Assembly: GCA_002762915.1 (NCBI GenBank) | Contig: PCYF01000015.1 | Span: 1-43,526, forward strand | Direction of reading: 5' to 3' | Length of the DNA: 43,526 nucleotides | Source: Candidatus Woesearchaeota archaeon CG10_big_fil_rev_8_21_14_0_10_32_9 | Lineage (GTDB): Archaea > Nanobdellota > Nanobdellia > Woesearchaeales > 21-14-0-10-32-9 | Shown here: positions 1 to 8,524 of the stretch, one piece after another | Position numbering within the stretch: the first letter of the stretch is position 1 | How the letters are laid out: each line of letters opens with the position of its first letter | Notes under the pieces: generated by a model | Databases searched by the model: none | Seen by the model: the letters and a program-made list of their open reading frames with translations, nothing else | Told to the model about the DNA's origin: nothing | Program-made: the position numbers and the translations under genes

Positions 1-1
1 A

Positions 2-859
2 ATAATTAACAACAAAGATCCAAATGATGCAATGATGATAAGTTTAGGACCACTTTATCAAAATGCAGATAAGACTCTTGAAACAAGCATGTCTTTAATT
101 CAGGTGGGAAACTGGGATAATAAGTCTCAAAAACTTGTTGACCTTACTACATCGCACAAGAAAGATGGCAGAACTCTTTTACTTGATGGCGGAGTAGGTG
201 TTGGAAAAACGCAACTTCCTATGGAATGGATACTTGGAAGATATGTAGATGATCAAATGTACTTAGAAGCAGCCACATTGTGGAACGGAGGTCTATTTTC
301 AAAGAATGAAAAAGGACTTTACGGAGTTGCAGGACTAGACTTAGGAAAAGTTTATGCAGCAGCAGGATACGGCGATGGTTTAATAACTGGTTTTTCAGGA
401 ATCAAAGATGTAGAAGGTTTTGGAAATTTCATTTACGCCACCTACAATCAAGAAACTGGACTCTGGGGATTCAAATCTCAAACAGGCTTAATTAATCCAA
501 ACAAAGGATTTTTCAATAAAGACATGTTTGATTTCGCAGCAAGCTACCTAACCATAAAACCATTTTTGGACACACACTTTTCGCCAGTATTATCAAAGGG
601 TCCTTTAGTAATAAAAGTTGCTGGATCTGGAGATCAGAAAAATACTAAGCTAGAATTCATGGTTGGAGGAGATGTAGGCCCTGTAAGTATTGCAGGAGGA
701 GTTATTTCCGACAAAGGTCCAAACAAGAATGCAATCACTGGCGCAGTTGAATTATATGCTCAGATGAAAGCACTAGGACTAAAGGGAAACTTTGAAGCAA
801 GATATCAAACGGATGGAAGTCTAAGTGGATACATTGTAACAAACGTACCCTTGAACTAG
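2..859 (+). CDS. hypothetical Gly/aromatic-rich, beta-strand-rich protein; 5' end cut by the window edge
   Basis: Frame is open from nt 2 (IINNKDPNDAMM...) to TAG at 857-859. No catalytic motif recognised. Alternating G/Y/F-rich segments (YAAAGYGDGLITGFSG, GSLSGYIVTNV). T-runs follow at 865-895. Confidence 0.5.
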   Translation: MINNKDPNDAMMISLGPLYQNADKTLETSMSLIQVGNWDNKSQKLVDLTTSHKKDGRTLLLDGGVGVGKTQLPMEWILGRYVDDQMYLEAATLWNGGLFSKNEKGLYGVAGLDLGKVYAAAGYGDGLITGFSGIKDVEGFGNFIYATYNQETGLWGFKSQTGLINPNKGFFNKDMFDFAASYLTIKPFLDTHFSPVLSKGPLVIKVAGSGDQKNTKLEFMVGGDVGPVSIAGGVISDKGPNKNAITGAVELYAQMKALGLKGNFEARYQTDGSLSGYIVTNVPLN

Positions 860-888
860 ATTCTATTTTTTTATTTTTTTCAAATTTT

Positions 889-1929
889 TTATATGAACGG
901 GCCTAAATCTCGTTTGAATTTCTCGATTGTATCAACAGGATAAGGATCTATTCCATACCTGAGTGCTAAATAGTAAGAAGTGTAGTCTCCTGCAAGTACA
1001 GCCGTAAATATTTTATTTAATCTTGATCCTTTTACATGTAATTCTGTAACGTCAACTCCATTTTTCTGTAATATTTCCTTTACCAATCCTGTTCTTTTTC
1101 TTATTCTTGAAATATCTTCGTCTGTTGTGATTAAAACTACGTGAAATATTCCGTTTTTATTTTCAAATCCATTTAATTCATTATGGTTCATTTCTGATAT
1201 TTGATTTGAGAATGCAAGAGTTTTTGCGTTTTCATTTAGTTGTGTTTTCCACCTGTAAGCAACTGGATAAAAAATATTGCTAGAGTAAATTATAGGTATT
1301 TTTCCATTTAGTTTCTCTGATAAATTTACTCCGAATTCATTGAAATTTTTTCCAGTGAAAGTTTCCGTAAGGGAATCAACTTCATCTGATTTATCACTTA
1401 TTATTGCAAGATCTTGAAGTAATCTTAACAAAGTAAAGAACATTAATCCTAATGCGGCTCTTGGAGGATATTCTTTTGGTAGTTTTATTAATGGCAGTCT
1501 TCCCATTCCTGCTAATTCTTCTAATTTTCCTCCTGATGCAATTATTATTACTTGGCTTCCGATTCTTCTTGCTTGTCTGTAGCAAGAAATTACTTCTTCA
1601 GTATTGCCTGAGTATGATGATAAAATTACTAAATCTTTTGAGGTTAACTTTCCAGAAATCCCGTAGGAATTTGCAAGTTCAAAATCTATTGGTTCGTCTT
1701 CCAAGTATGTTTGCATAAGCATGGCAGCTATTCCGCTTCCACCCATTCCACAAACTATTATCCTCATGCCTTCTGTTTTTTTTATATTAGAAATTTGATG
1801 TCTGAAACTTTGATTATATCCTTTTCTTATATCATTTGCAAATTCATCTAGAAATTTTTTGAAATTTCTTGTATCATATTTGTAATAGTCTTCTGGAAAT
1901 GATTGTTCTGATTCGAATTCTTCTGTCAT
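889..1929 (-). CDS. bifunctional phosphoglucose/phosphomannose isomerase (SIS domain)
   Basis: IVCGMGGSGIAA phosphosugar-binding loop, a second SIS half, and the SEMNHNELNG motif typical of archaeal PGI/PMI. Start moved to ATG 1927-1929 (MTEEFES...) with a GGGGAG RBS just upstream. The 2028 start adds a non-conserved leader running into the divergent promoter. Confidence 0.75.
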   Translation of the reverse strand: MTEEFESEQSFPEDYYKYDTRNFKKFLDEFANDIRKGYNQSFRHQISNIKKTEGMRIIVCGMGGSGIAAMLMQTYLEDEPIDFELANSYGISGKLTSKDLVILSSYSGNTEEVISCYRQARRIGSQVIIIASGGKLEELAGMGRLPLIKLPKEYPPRAALGLMFFTLLRLLQDLAIISDKSDEVDSLTETFTGKNFNEFGVNLSEKLNGKIPIIYSSNIFYPVAYRWKTQLNENAKTLAFSNQISEMNHNELNGFENKNGIFHVVLITTDEDISRIRKRTGLVKEILQKNGVDVTELHVKGSRLNKIFTAVLAGDYTSYYLALRYGIDPYPVDTIEKFKRDLGPFI

Positions 1930-1992
1930 AGTTCTCCCCTTCTTATCACTCTTGCAACAATATTTATATACTTTTTGAATTATTTGAATTTT

Positions 1993-2280
1993 ATGAACAA
2001 AGAAGTAACTCAAGAGAAACTTGATCAATATTTTAAAATAACTGGCGAAGCTTTAGCTAAAGTGAAGTCGTCCCCCTTTGATAATCAAAGAATAGATCAT
2101 GCTAAAGATTTCTTAGATATGGCCTCCAGGTACTACGAAGATGCTAAGCATTTCATGAGTAAAGGTGACTTTGTTCTTGCATTCGGCGCATTAAACTATT
2201 CGCATGGTTGGTTAGATGCCGGCGCTAGAATTGGTTTATTTAAAGTTAAAGATAGTAGACTTTTCACAGTAGATGATTGA
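1993..2280 (+). CDS. DUF357-family small archaeal protein
   Basis: YYEDAKHFMSKGDFVLAFGALNYSHGWLDAGARIGL matches my memory of the DUF357 core. ATG 1993 lies about 27 nt downstream of TATA-like tatttatata (1962-1971). The track start TTG 1975 is the alternative. Confidence 0.6.
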   Translation: MNKEVTQEKLDQYFKITGEALAKVKSSPFDNQRIDHAKDFLDMASRYYEDAKHFMSKGDFVLAFGALNYSHGWLDAGARIGLFKVKDSRLFTVDD

Positions 2281-2288
2281 TTCTTTAA

Positions 2289-3287
2289 TTATTGATATTT
2301 CGGATAAGCATCTGGTTGCATGAATACTTGTAGTGTTTTTACTGCAATTCCTTTTTCTTTTTTCATTAATTCTCCAGAATTCATTTCTGCTTCTCCTATT
2401 AAAACTAATTCTTCTTTAAGACTCATTACTGCAACAATATCTCCTCTTTTTATGTCTGAATCAAATTTTAAAATTCCTGGAACTTTTAGAAACGCTCCAT
2501 GACACATAGTATTTATAGCAGCATCGTGCACCCATATTTTTTCTAAGTGTTGTGTGGCTGATTCTACAGGCATTAGCATTTTTCTTAGTTCTGAATCATC
2601 CCCATTTTTATAATAATGAAATGCATCCGCAATATCTTGTAGTATAAACGCTTGATTTTCTTTGAATGGTCCTGCTTTTGTTCTTCTTAATTCTGCCATG
2701 TGTGCGCCACAACCAAGTTTTGCACCTATATCATGAACTAATTTTCTTATGTAAGTTCCTGCTTGACAACCAACAATGAACAAAACGTCTTTTTCTTTTA
2801 TTTCTAAAACATCTAAGTAGTAGATAGTTCTATCTCTTAATTGTCTTTTTACTGCAGATTTCTTTGGAGGAAGTTGAGTTATTTTTCCTTTGAATTTATT
2901 TAGTACTTCCATTAATTTTTCTTGTGGAATATCCTGATGAACGTGCATAAGACACACATATTCTTTTCCAGCAGTTAGAAGTGCATTTGTTATTCTTGTT
3001 GATTCTTGTAACGCAATTGGAAGCACACCTGTTACTCCAGGATCCAATGTTCCTGAATGTCCCGCTTTACTTACATGCAAAACTCTTTTTAGATAATCGG
3101 CTGCTTGATGACTTGTGGGCCCTGACGGCTTATCCAGAATTATTACTCCTCTTTTCAATAATTCTTCAGTTGATCTTGATTCAGGTCTAGAACCGTATTT
3201 TTCATCAGTTGTAGCTTCAGATTTAATTAGTATTTTTTTTGTTTTTTGTTTTTCTTCAAATGGAAGAAGTCTTTCTGATTGTTGCAT
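2289..3287 (-). CDS. cbf5: H/ACA RNP pseudouridine synthase Cbf5 (TruB family with C-terminal PUA domain)
   Basis: HSGTLDPGVTGVLPIAL catalytic-Asp motif, KKILIKSEATTDEKYG N-terminus, PUA-like C-terminus (IKRGDIVAVMSLKEELVLIGEA). Confidence 0.9.
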   Translation of the reverse strand: MQQSERLLPFEEKQKTKKILIKSEATTDEKYGSRPESRSTEELLKRGVIILDKPSGPTSHQAADYLKRVLHVSKAGHSGTLDPGVTGVLPIALQESTRITNALLTAGKEYVCLMHVHQDIPQEKLMEVLNKFKGKITQLPPKKSAVKRQLRDRTIYYLDVLEIKEKDVLFIVGCQAGTYIRKLVHDIGAKLGCGAHMAELRRTKAGPFKENQAFILQDIADAFHYYKNGDDSELRKMLMPVESATQHLEKIWVHDAAINTMCHGAFLKVPGILKFDSDIKRGDIVAVMSLKEELVLIGEAEMNSGELMKKEKGIAVKTLQVFMQPDAYPKYQ

Positions 3288-3303
3288 ATGTTCACCCTAT
3301 AAA

Positions 3304-3714
3304 TTATAACTCTAACTTTTTATCAATATCCTTTCCTATTTGTTTAAGCATGTCAAAAGCCTGATTTACATCTCCCCTTATTTTTTCTACTAATTCTTCT
3401 AAGCTTCCAACTTTTAGTGTATATCTGTTTTTTTGTTCATCCACTAATCCTGCTTCCATTAGTTTATTCAAATGGTAGACAATAGTTCCTCTTGACAAGA
3501 AGGTTTTTTCAGCGATTTCATCGCTTGATAATCCTTTTGATGGACCTTTTGCATCTTTCAACAAAACTATGAATACTCTAAAACAACTTCTATCTTTGTC
3601 ACGCAGGTTGAATAATCCTAATGTTCCTCCGAACCATTGCAGCAAATCATTTATGTTATTCTGCTCAAGTTCAGGTTTTTTAGTTCTGATTATTGTAATC
3701 CTAGTGAATCTCAT
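3304..3714 (-). CDS. winged-helix (ArsR/MarR-like) transcriptional regulator
   Basis: LSSDEIAEKTFLSRGTIVYHLNKLMEAGLV helix-turn-helix plus wing (RYTLKV). Start set to ATG 3712-3714 because a TATA-like box lies 25 nt upstream, inside the longer track ORF (to 3762). Confidence 0.6.
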   Translation of the reverse strand: MRFTRITIIRTKKPELEQNNINDLLQWFGGTLGLFNLRDKDRSCFRVFIVLLKDAKGPSKGLSSDEIAEKTFLSRGTIVYHLNKLMEAGLVDEQKNRYTLKVGSLEELVEKIRGDVNQAFDMLKQIGKDIDKKLEL

Positions 3715-3733
3715 ACTAGTAGAATTAGCCCAG

Positions 3734-3744
3734 AAATATAAAAA
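3734..3744 (-). promoter_or_regulatory. TATA-like box for the wHTH regulator gene
   Basis: Minus-strand tttttatattt centred about 25 nt upstream of ATG 3714. This is the spacing expected for a leaderless archaeal transcript. Confidence 0.3.
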
Positions 3745-3885
3745 TGTTCCTACATTCTTCATAATTTACAACCATAGACCCCATTCTATCAAATAATCAA
3801 AATAAATTGAGCTTTAGAAACTTAAAAAATAAATTATTTAAAACTTTAGAAAAATTTATTAAACAATATCTATACCATCACCATT

Positions 3886-4518
3886 ATGAGTGAAACTCTA
3901 GAAGTTTATGATTTAAATTCGCAATTAATTACAATTGAAGATAGAAAAAGATTTTATTCTGAAATTAAAAAGGAATTTAAAGAATCTGGCAAAATATTCA
4001 AAAAAGTAAAAGCGATTAGACTAATTTTAATGAATTCTTCAGGGCGTATTTATTTACAAAAAAGAAGTAAAATAAAAACTGAAAACGCTGGAAAATATGA
4101 TAAAACAGTAGGAGGTCATGTTTCTGCAGGCGATAGTTTTAACATGACTGTCATCAGAGAGTGTGCTGAAGAGTTAGGATTTCCCGCAACAGTTTTAGAA
4201 CCAGAAGAATTTGAAAAGGCAATAAAAGTTACTAATTTGGATGTTATTGGCATCTTTAAAAAAATTGAGTATTTACCAAATTTTATGTCTAAGAGGTTGT
4301 CAAATGATAATTCAGAATTCATTCAACCATATATGACATCCATATATTTTGGATATTATAATGGCCCGATTAGATTTGTTGATGGTGAAAGTTCAGGAAT
4401 TGAAGTTTTTTCTTTAGAAGAATTAAAAAAAGATATCAACGAATATCCTGACAAATTTACAGATGATTTAAAATTCATGGTAAAAAAATATGAACCTTTT
4501 CTAATCCCAATCAAATAA
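3886..4518 (+). CDS. Nudix hydrolase
   Basis: Nudix box GHVSAGDSFNMTVIRECAEELGF (G-x5-D/E-x7-RE-x2-EE-x-G-U). Confidence 0.7.
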   Translation: MSETLEVYDLNSQLITIEDRKRFYSEIKKEFKESGKIFKKVKAIRLILMNSSGRIYLQKRSKIKTENAGKYDKTVGGHVSAGDSFNMTVIRECAEELGFPATVLEPEEFEKAIKVTNLDVIGIFKKIEYLPNFMSKRLSNDNSEFIQPYMTSIYFGYYNGPIRFVDGESSGIEVFSLEELKKDINEYPDKFTDDLKFMVKKYEPFLIPIK

Positions 4519-4597
4519 CATTAATTCTTAATTCTTCTTCTTAATGTGTCCTTTGTTCTCTTTCAATAAAATTTATTTGTGAACGCCACACTAAATC

Positions 4598-5686
4598 TCA
4601 TCTCAAATGAATTTCAAGAATATCTTCGTCTTTAAGTCTGTGTTTCAAATTTAGTTTTTGTCCAGGAAATTTAGCGGATTTCCCCCAAACTCTTGAAAAT
4701 TTGAATTTGCTCACAAAGTCTTTGTGTAGTTTAGAACAAACATTGTCAATTGTACAATCTTTGAACATAATTAAAGGAACGTTCATGTCTGCTGGTTTCG
4801 CTGGTTCTTTCATGTAAATTCTTATTAAATCTAATTCTGAGAATATTAGTTCTTTTAATTCTTCTAAGTGATCTTTGTTTTTTGCAGAAATTAATAAGTT
4901 CGCATCGATTTGTTTTGCTATTTTTTCTACTTTATCTTTTGGCAATGAGTCTATTTTGTTTAGAACTACTATTGCTGGAACATATTGTTTATTTCCTTCA
5001 ATGCAATCTATTAATTCATCTACAGTTATGTCTGTTCTAATTAAAACATCTGCATTATTTATTCTAAATGTTCTTAATACTCCTAAAATTGTTTCATCAT
5101 CTAAAGTTGATAATTTCACCGTCTTACTTATTTTTATTCCATCTTTAGCTGTCTTTTTTATTTTCACGTCTGGTTTTCGTTTGTTTATTCTTATTCCTGA
5201 TTCATATATTTCTCGTAAAAGCGCATTGAAATGTTCCGGATAATGAACATCAATTAGTATTAAAATCAAATCTGCGCTTCTTAAAACAGAAAATACTTCT
5301 GTTCCTCTTCCTCTTCCAGATGCAGCTCCGCGTACAACTCCTGGAACGTCCAAAATCTGTATTTTTGCATGTTTATAATCTAAAATTCCAGGAATAACTG
5401 TAAGAGTAGTAAAGGCATATGCTCCTGTTTCCGATTCGGCATCAGTAATTCCATTTAACAAAGTACTTTTTCCAACACTCGGAAAACCTAATAATACAAC
5501 TGTACCATCCCCCGTTTTTCTTACGGAGAACCCGTCAGTTTTTCCCCCTCCAGATTTAGAAACTTTTTCTTTTAGTTTAGCTAATTGAGCTTTATACATA
5601 CCTATAGCTTTTTGAGTTCTCTTATTATATTGAGAATTAGCAACAAGTTCTTCCAATTCTTTTATCTTTTCGTCATGAACTGCCAT
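4598..5686 (-). CDS. DRG-family (Obg-like) GTPase with C-terminal TGS domain
   Basis: G1 GFPSVGKSTLLN, G3 DVPG, G4 NKID. N-terminal coiled-coil segment and a TGS-like C-terminus (VWGKSAKFPGQKL...DEDILEI). Confidence 0.9.
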   Translation of the reverse strand: MAVHDEKIKELEELVANSQYNKRTQKAIGMYKAQLAKLKEKVSKSGGGKTDGFSVRKTGDGTVVLLGFPSVGKSTLLNGITDAESETGAYAFTTLTVIPGILDYKHAKIQILDVPGVVRGAASGRGRGTEVFSVLRSADLILILIDVHYPEHFNALLREIYESGIRINKRKPDVKIKKTAKDGIKISKTVKLSTLDDETILGVLRTFRINNADVLIRTDITVDELIDCIEGNKQYVPAIVVLNKIDSLPKDKVEKIAKQIDANLLISAKNKDHLEELKELIFSELDLIRIYMKEPAKPADMNVPLIMFKDCTIDNVCSKLHKDFVSKFKFSRVWGKSAKFPGQKLNLKHRLKDEDILEIHLR

Positions 5687-5807
5687 AGTTTCACATTATT
5701 AACACATTTTTTGAATTTTATTTTATTTATTGACTTATAATATATGAGACATTATGACAATATATAAATATTAATGTTAAACATGTAAAGAAAACCGAGG
5801 AAACCCT

Positions 5808-6863
5808 TTGAAGATTAAAGACATCATTAATCAGGATAAGTTCAGTAAAAACATTCGTTTAGAGATTTTTAAGAAAATTTTGTCAGAAAACTTGAAAATC
5901 ACAAATGAAAAATTGTTAATAATAGGAGACAAAGGCTTGAATGATAATCTTGTTGCACCCATTATGACTAATGCCTATGCTTTAGCTGCAGAAGAATTGG
6001 GTATTAAGTATGAAACAATTTATCAAAATTATAAGGCTAGAAGTGAGCCTGCAGATGATGTAGTAGTTAAGAAAATAAGTTCGTTACCAAAGAAAAGCGT
6101 TCTTGTCATTAATATTTCAAATAGAGTTGGAAATCTTCAATCAATTGGAAAAAGTCTGAGAACTTACATAAAAGAAAATCAACACAGATTTGTTTCTTCT
6201 AGTAGTCTTGGTAGTGTTAGAAACGAAATGTTGCCTTTTATTATTGATTGTCTGGATGTAGATTATAAAGCGCTGGATAGTAAAACTAAACAGTTGAAAG
6301 AAAAAATCACTTCAGCTAATGAGATTAATGTTACAACTAAGGCTGGAACTGATTTGACGTTCAACATTAAAGGAGTTGAGTGTTGCAGTGCTTCCGGTGT
6401 TTATACTGAACCGGGCACCGGCGGAAATCTCCCTGGAAGCGAAGTGTACATGCCTCCTTTAAGAAATAATGTTGAAGGCACTCTAGTGATAGATGGTAGT
6501 GCAAGAATTAAAGATAGAACTATTCTTGTTAAACATCCTATACGTGTCGATATAAAAAAAGGGTTCATTCACAATATTAGTGGGGGTTTTGAAGCTAAAC
6601 TTCTTAGAGATACTTTAGAATGGGCGCATCTTAAATCTAAGCATCCTGAAACAATTTGGAGAATTGGAGAACTTGGAATTGGATTGAATAATAAAGCAAA
6701 AATCATAGGTTCTACAATTATTGATGAAAAAGCTTATGGTACTGCACACGTTGCTATTGGAAGTAATGCGTGGTTCGGCGGAGACATAAAATCAATAATT
6801 CATCTTGATCAAGTATTCAAAGAACCCATCATAAAATTAGACGGCAAATTGTTAAAATATTAA
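5808..6863 (+). CDS. M29-family aminopeptidase (AmpS/PepS-like)
   Basis: GSEVYMPP, GTLVIDGS, GTAHVAIGSN and IIHLD motifs as I recall them for thermophilic metalloprotease M29. TTG start at 5808 with a GAGG RBS 7 nt upstream. Confidence 0.7.
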   Translation: MKIKDIINQDKFSKNIRLEIFKKILSENLKITNEKLLIIGDKGLNDNLVAPIMTNAYALAAEELGIKYETIYQNYKARSEPADDVVVKKISSLPKKSVLVINISNRVGNLQSIGKSLRTYIKENQHRFVSSSSLGSVRNEMLPFIIDCLDVDYKALDSKTKQLKEKITSANEINVTTKAGTDLTFNIKGVECCSASGVYTEPGTGGNLPGSEVYMPPLRNNVEGTLVIDGSARIKDRTILVKHPIRVDIKKGFIHNISGGFEAKLLRDTLEWAHLKSKHPETIWRIGELGIGLNNKAKIIGSTIIDEKAYGTAHVAIGSNAWFGGDIKSIIHLDQVFKEPIIKLDGKLLKY

Positions 6864-7930
6864 ATTATTGGGGTACAAGTTGGAGTTAAAACATCAATAT
6901 AAGATGTGTTAGTCATATTCACGAATGTTGCAAATGAAGGAGGAACAATCGACCCATTGAGTCCATATCCTGATTCGGGTATTACCCTTGAAAGTCTATC
7001 AATTTCTGTCATTCCTGATTTCCAGAAATTAAATCTATAATATTGATTTTCTTCTATTCCCGAACAAATATTATTTTTCCAGAAAATATAATCAAGGTTA
7101 CTTAAATCTGGATTTGAAATAGAATCTAGTGGCGGAACAATTGATGCAATTCCACAACAAGTTGAATTAGACATGTTTCCTCTTACTCTATTTAAGAAGC
7201 TTGGAGCATTTTCATATTTGAAATATATTTTATTAACCGTAACATAATTTGCAGTTGAAGGAGTCTCAAGCCATAAACCTTGATTCTCAACTTGTTTGAA
7301 TGCATTAAGATATTTATAAGAACTTAAAGAAGGCTGTACAATCCAGTAAGTTGGATCATTCAATCCGACAATATTTACAGTTTGATTTAAAGTTTTTACT
7401 GCATCCCATGTTGCGTAGGAATCTTCAACTTTTATTGAATAATTTACAGTCACAATAATTTGCCAAGGCGTAGTTTGTGTTAATTTTATATTATTTACTC
7501 TAACGACTGATTGTATTGTTAGATTTTCTGCAGCGAAAGCACCTATTTCGTTGATGTTTGCTTGAAGTTTAGCAGAATCTGGACACGCAATAACGGCACC
7601 TTCATTTCCGGGCGTAGGCAAAACTCCTGAGATCATACATCTTTGTAAAGCTGAATCAAAATCAGAGTAGTATGCGTTTTGATCAATCATTTGATTTATT
7701 GCAAAATCTAATGCACTTAATGTTGAAATTTTTGTAACATCTTTTATGTACATTTCAACTTGAGTTATGTACATATTTACTTGTTGTATTCTTATTTTTA
7801 TGTTTTGTGAAGAATTATCTAAAGGAACTTCTTTAAATGAAAAAAATAAAGTAATTACAATGCTACTTATCAATAGAGCAAGAATCGTAAATATTATCCC
7901 TTTCTTATTAATTTTTTTCATCATGACCAC
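6860..7930 (-). CDS. exported protein with archaeal class III (type IV pilin-like) signal peptide; many N-glycosylation sequons
   Basis: N-terminus MVMMKKINKKG/IIFTILALLISSIVITLFF (basic stretch, Gly, about 20 hydrophobic residues). Numerous N-x-S/T sites. Overlaps the upstream gene by 10 nt (operon). Confidence 0.55.
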   Translation of the reverse strand: MVMMKKINKKGIIFTILALLISSIVITLFFSFKEVPLDNSSQNIKIRIQQVNMYITQVEMYIKDVTKISTLSALDFAINQMIDQNAYYSDFDSALQRCMISGVLPTPGNEGAVIACPDSAKLQANINEIGAFAAENLTIQSVVRVNNIKLTQTTPWQIIVTVNYSIKVEDSYATWDAVKTLNQTVNIVGLNDPTYWIVQPSLSSYKYLNAFKQVENQGLWLETPSTANYVTVNKIYFKYENAPSFLNRVRGNMSNSTCCGIASIVPPLDSISNPDLSNLDYIFWKNNICSGIEENQYYRFNFWKSGMTEIDRLSRVIPESGYGLNGSIVPPSFATFVNMTNTSYIDVLTPTCTPII

Positions 7931-8361
7931 ATCGTTATTTTTGTTAAAACAGGACCATTTATTACACCATCAGCATAAAAGTATGTTACAATTGATCTAC
8001 TAAATTGAGTATTAGAATAATTTATTGTATCATTATTTTTTTGATATAGAACCGTCCCATTTAGTTCATATTCTACACCTATGTTATCAGGAATTACAAC
8101 TGCTGAAAAATTTCCAATAAATCCAGTAATTTTTGTTGTTGCATTTTCTGTATATAATACAAATAGTTTTTGTTGAACAGATAAATCTGGATCAGGTTCG
8201 TAAGGATCGTTGTATATAAACTTATAACTGCTTCTGAATTGAGACATTTTTGTATTAGTTATGTAGTTTATGTAATTGTCTAAATAATCTATTGTGTCTT
8301 CTGTTTTTGGTTGACTGGAAAAAAATGAAAGAACTATAAATATTGTTGATATTATTATCAT
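7921..8361 (-). CDS. pilin-like protein; the true N-terminus probably lies upstream (see the frameshift finding at 8362-8449)
   Basis: The track ORF begins inside a hydrophobic helix (MIIISTIFIVLSFF). The same frame stays open upstream and encodes ...NNSKKG/SVFFTIDILIAG, a class III signal-peptide layout without an in-frame ATG/GTG/TTG. Confidence 0.5.
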   Translation of the reverse strand: MIIISTIFIVLSFFSSQPKTEDTIDYLDNYINYITNTKMSQFRSSYKFIYNDPYEPDPDLSVQQKLFVLYTENATTKITGFIGNFSAVVIPDNIGVEYELNGTVLYQKNNDTINYSNTQFSRSIVTYFYADGVINGPVLTKITMWS

Positions 8362-8524
8362 TCCCGCAATTAATATATCTATTGTGAAGAATACTGATCC
8401 TTTTTTAGAATTATTAAATTGTTTGATTTCTTCCTCACCTTTTTTTCATAATAATAACTCGCACAGGAACTTCATCATATAAAATGTTTTTGATAAAAAG
8501 AAAAGGCATCATGGTTTTTGTTTA

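Noticed and set aside
889-2028. Long N-terminal extensions given by the ORF track for several genes: 889-2028, 3304-3762, 12735-, 17699-18211, 22994-, 23677-24975, 30821-31093, 34912-35856, 36573-, 40750-.
   Set aside because: The extensions are non-conserved or hydrophobic, often begin with TTG/GTG, and contain the gene's own TATA-like box or RBS. An internal ATG with proper promoter or RBS spacing was preferred. This is not experimentally verified.
6860-6863. Convergent genes sharing overlapping stop codons within TTAA (also at 23677-23680 and 27138-27141).
   Set aside because: This is a trivial consequence of TAA stop usage and tight packing in an AT-rich genome. No further structure was seen.
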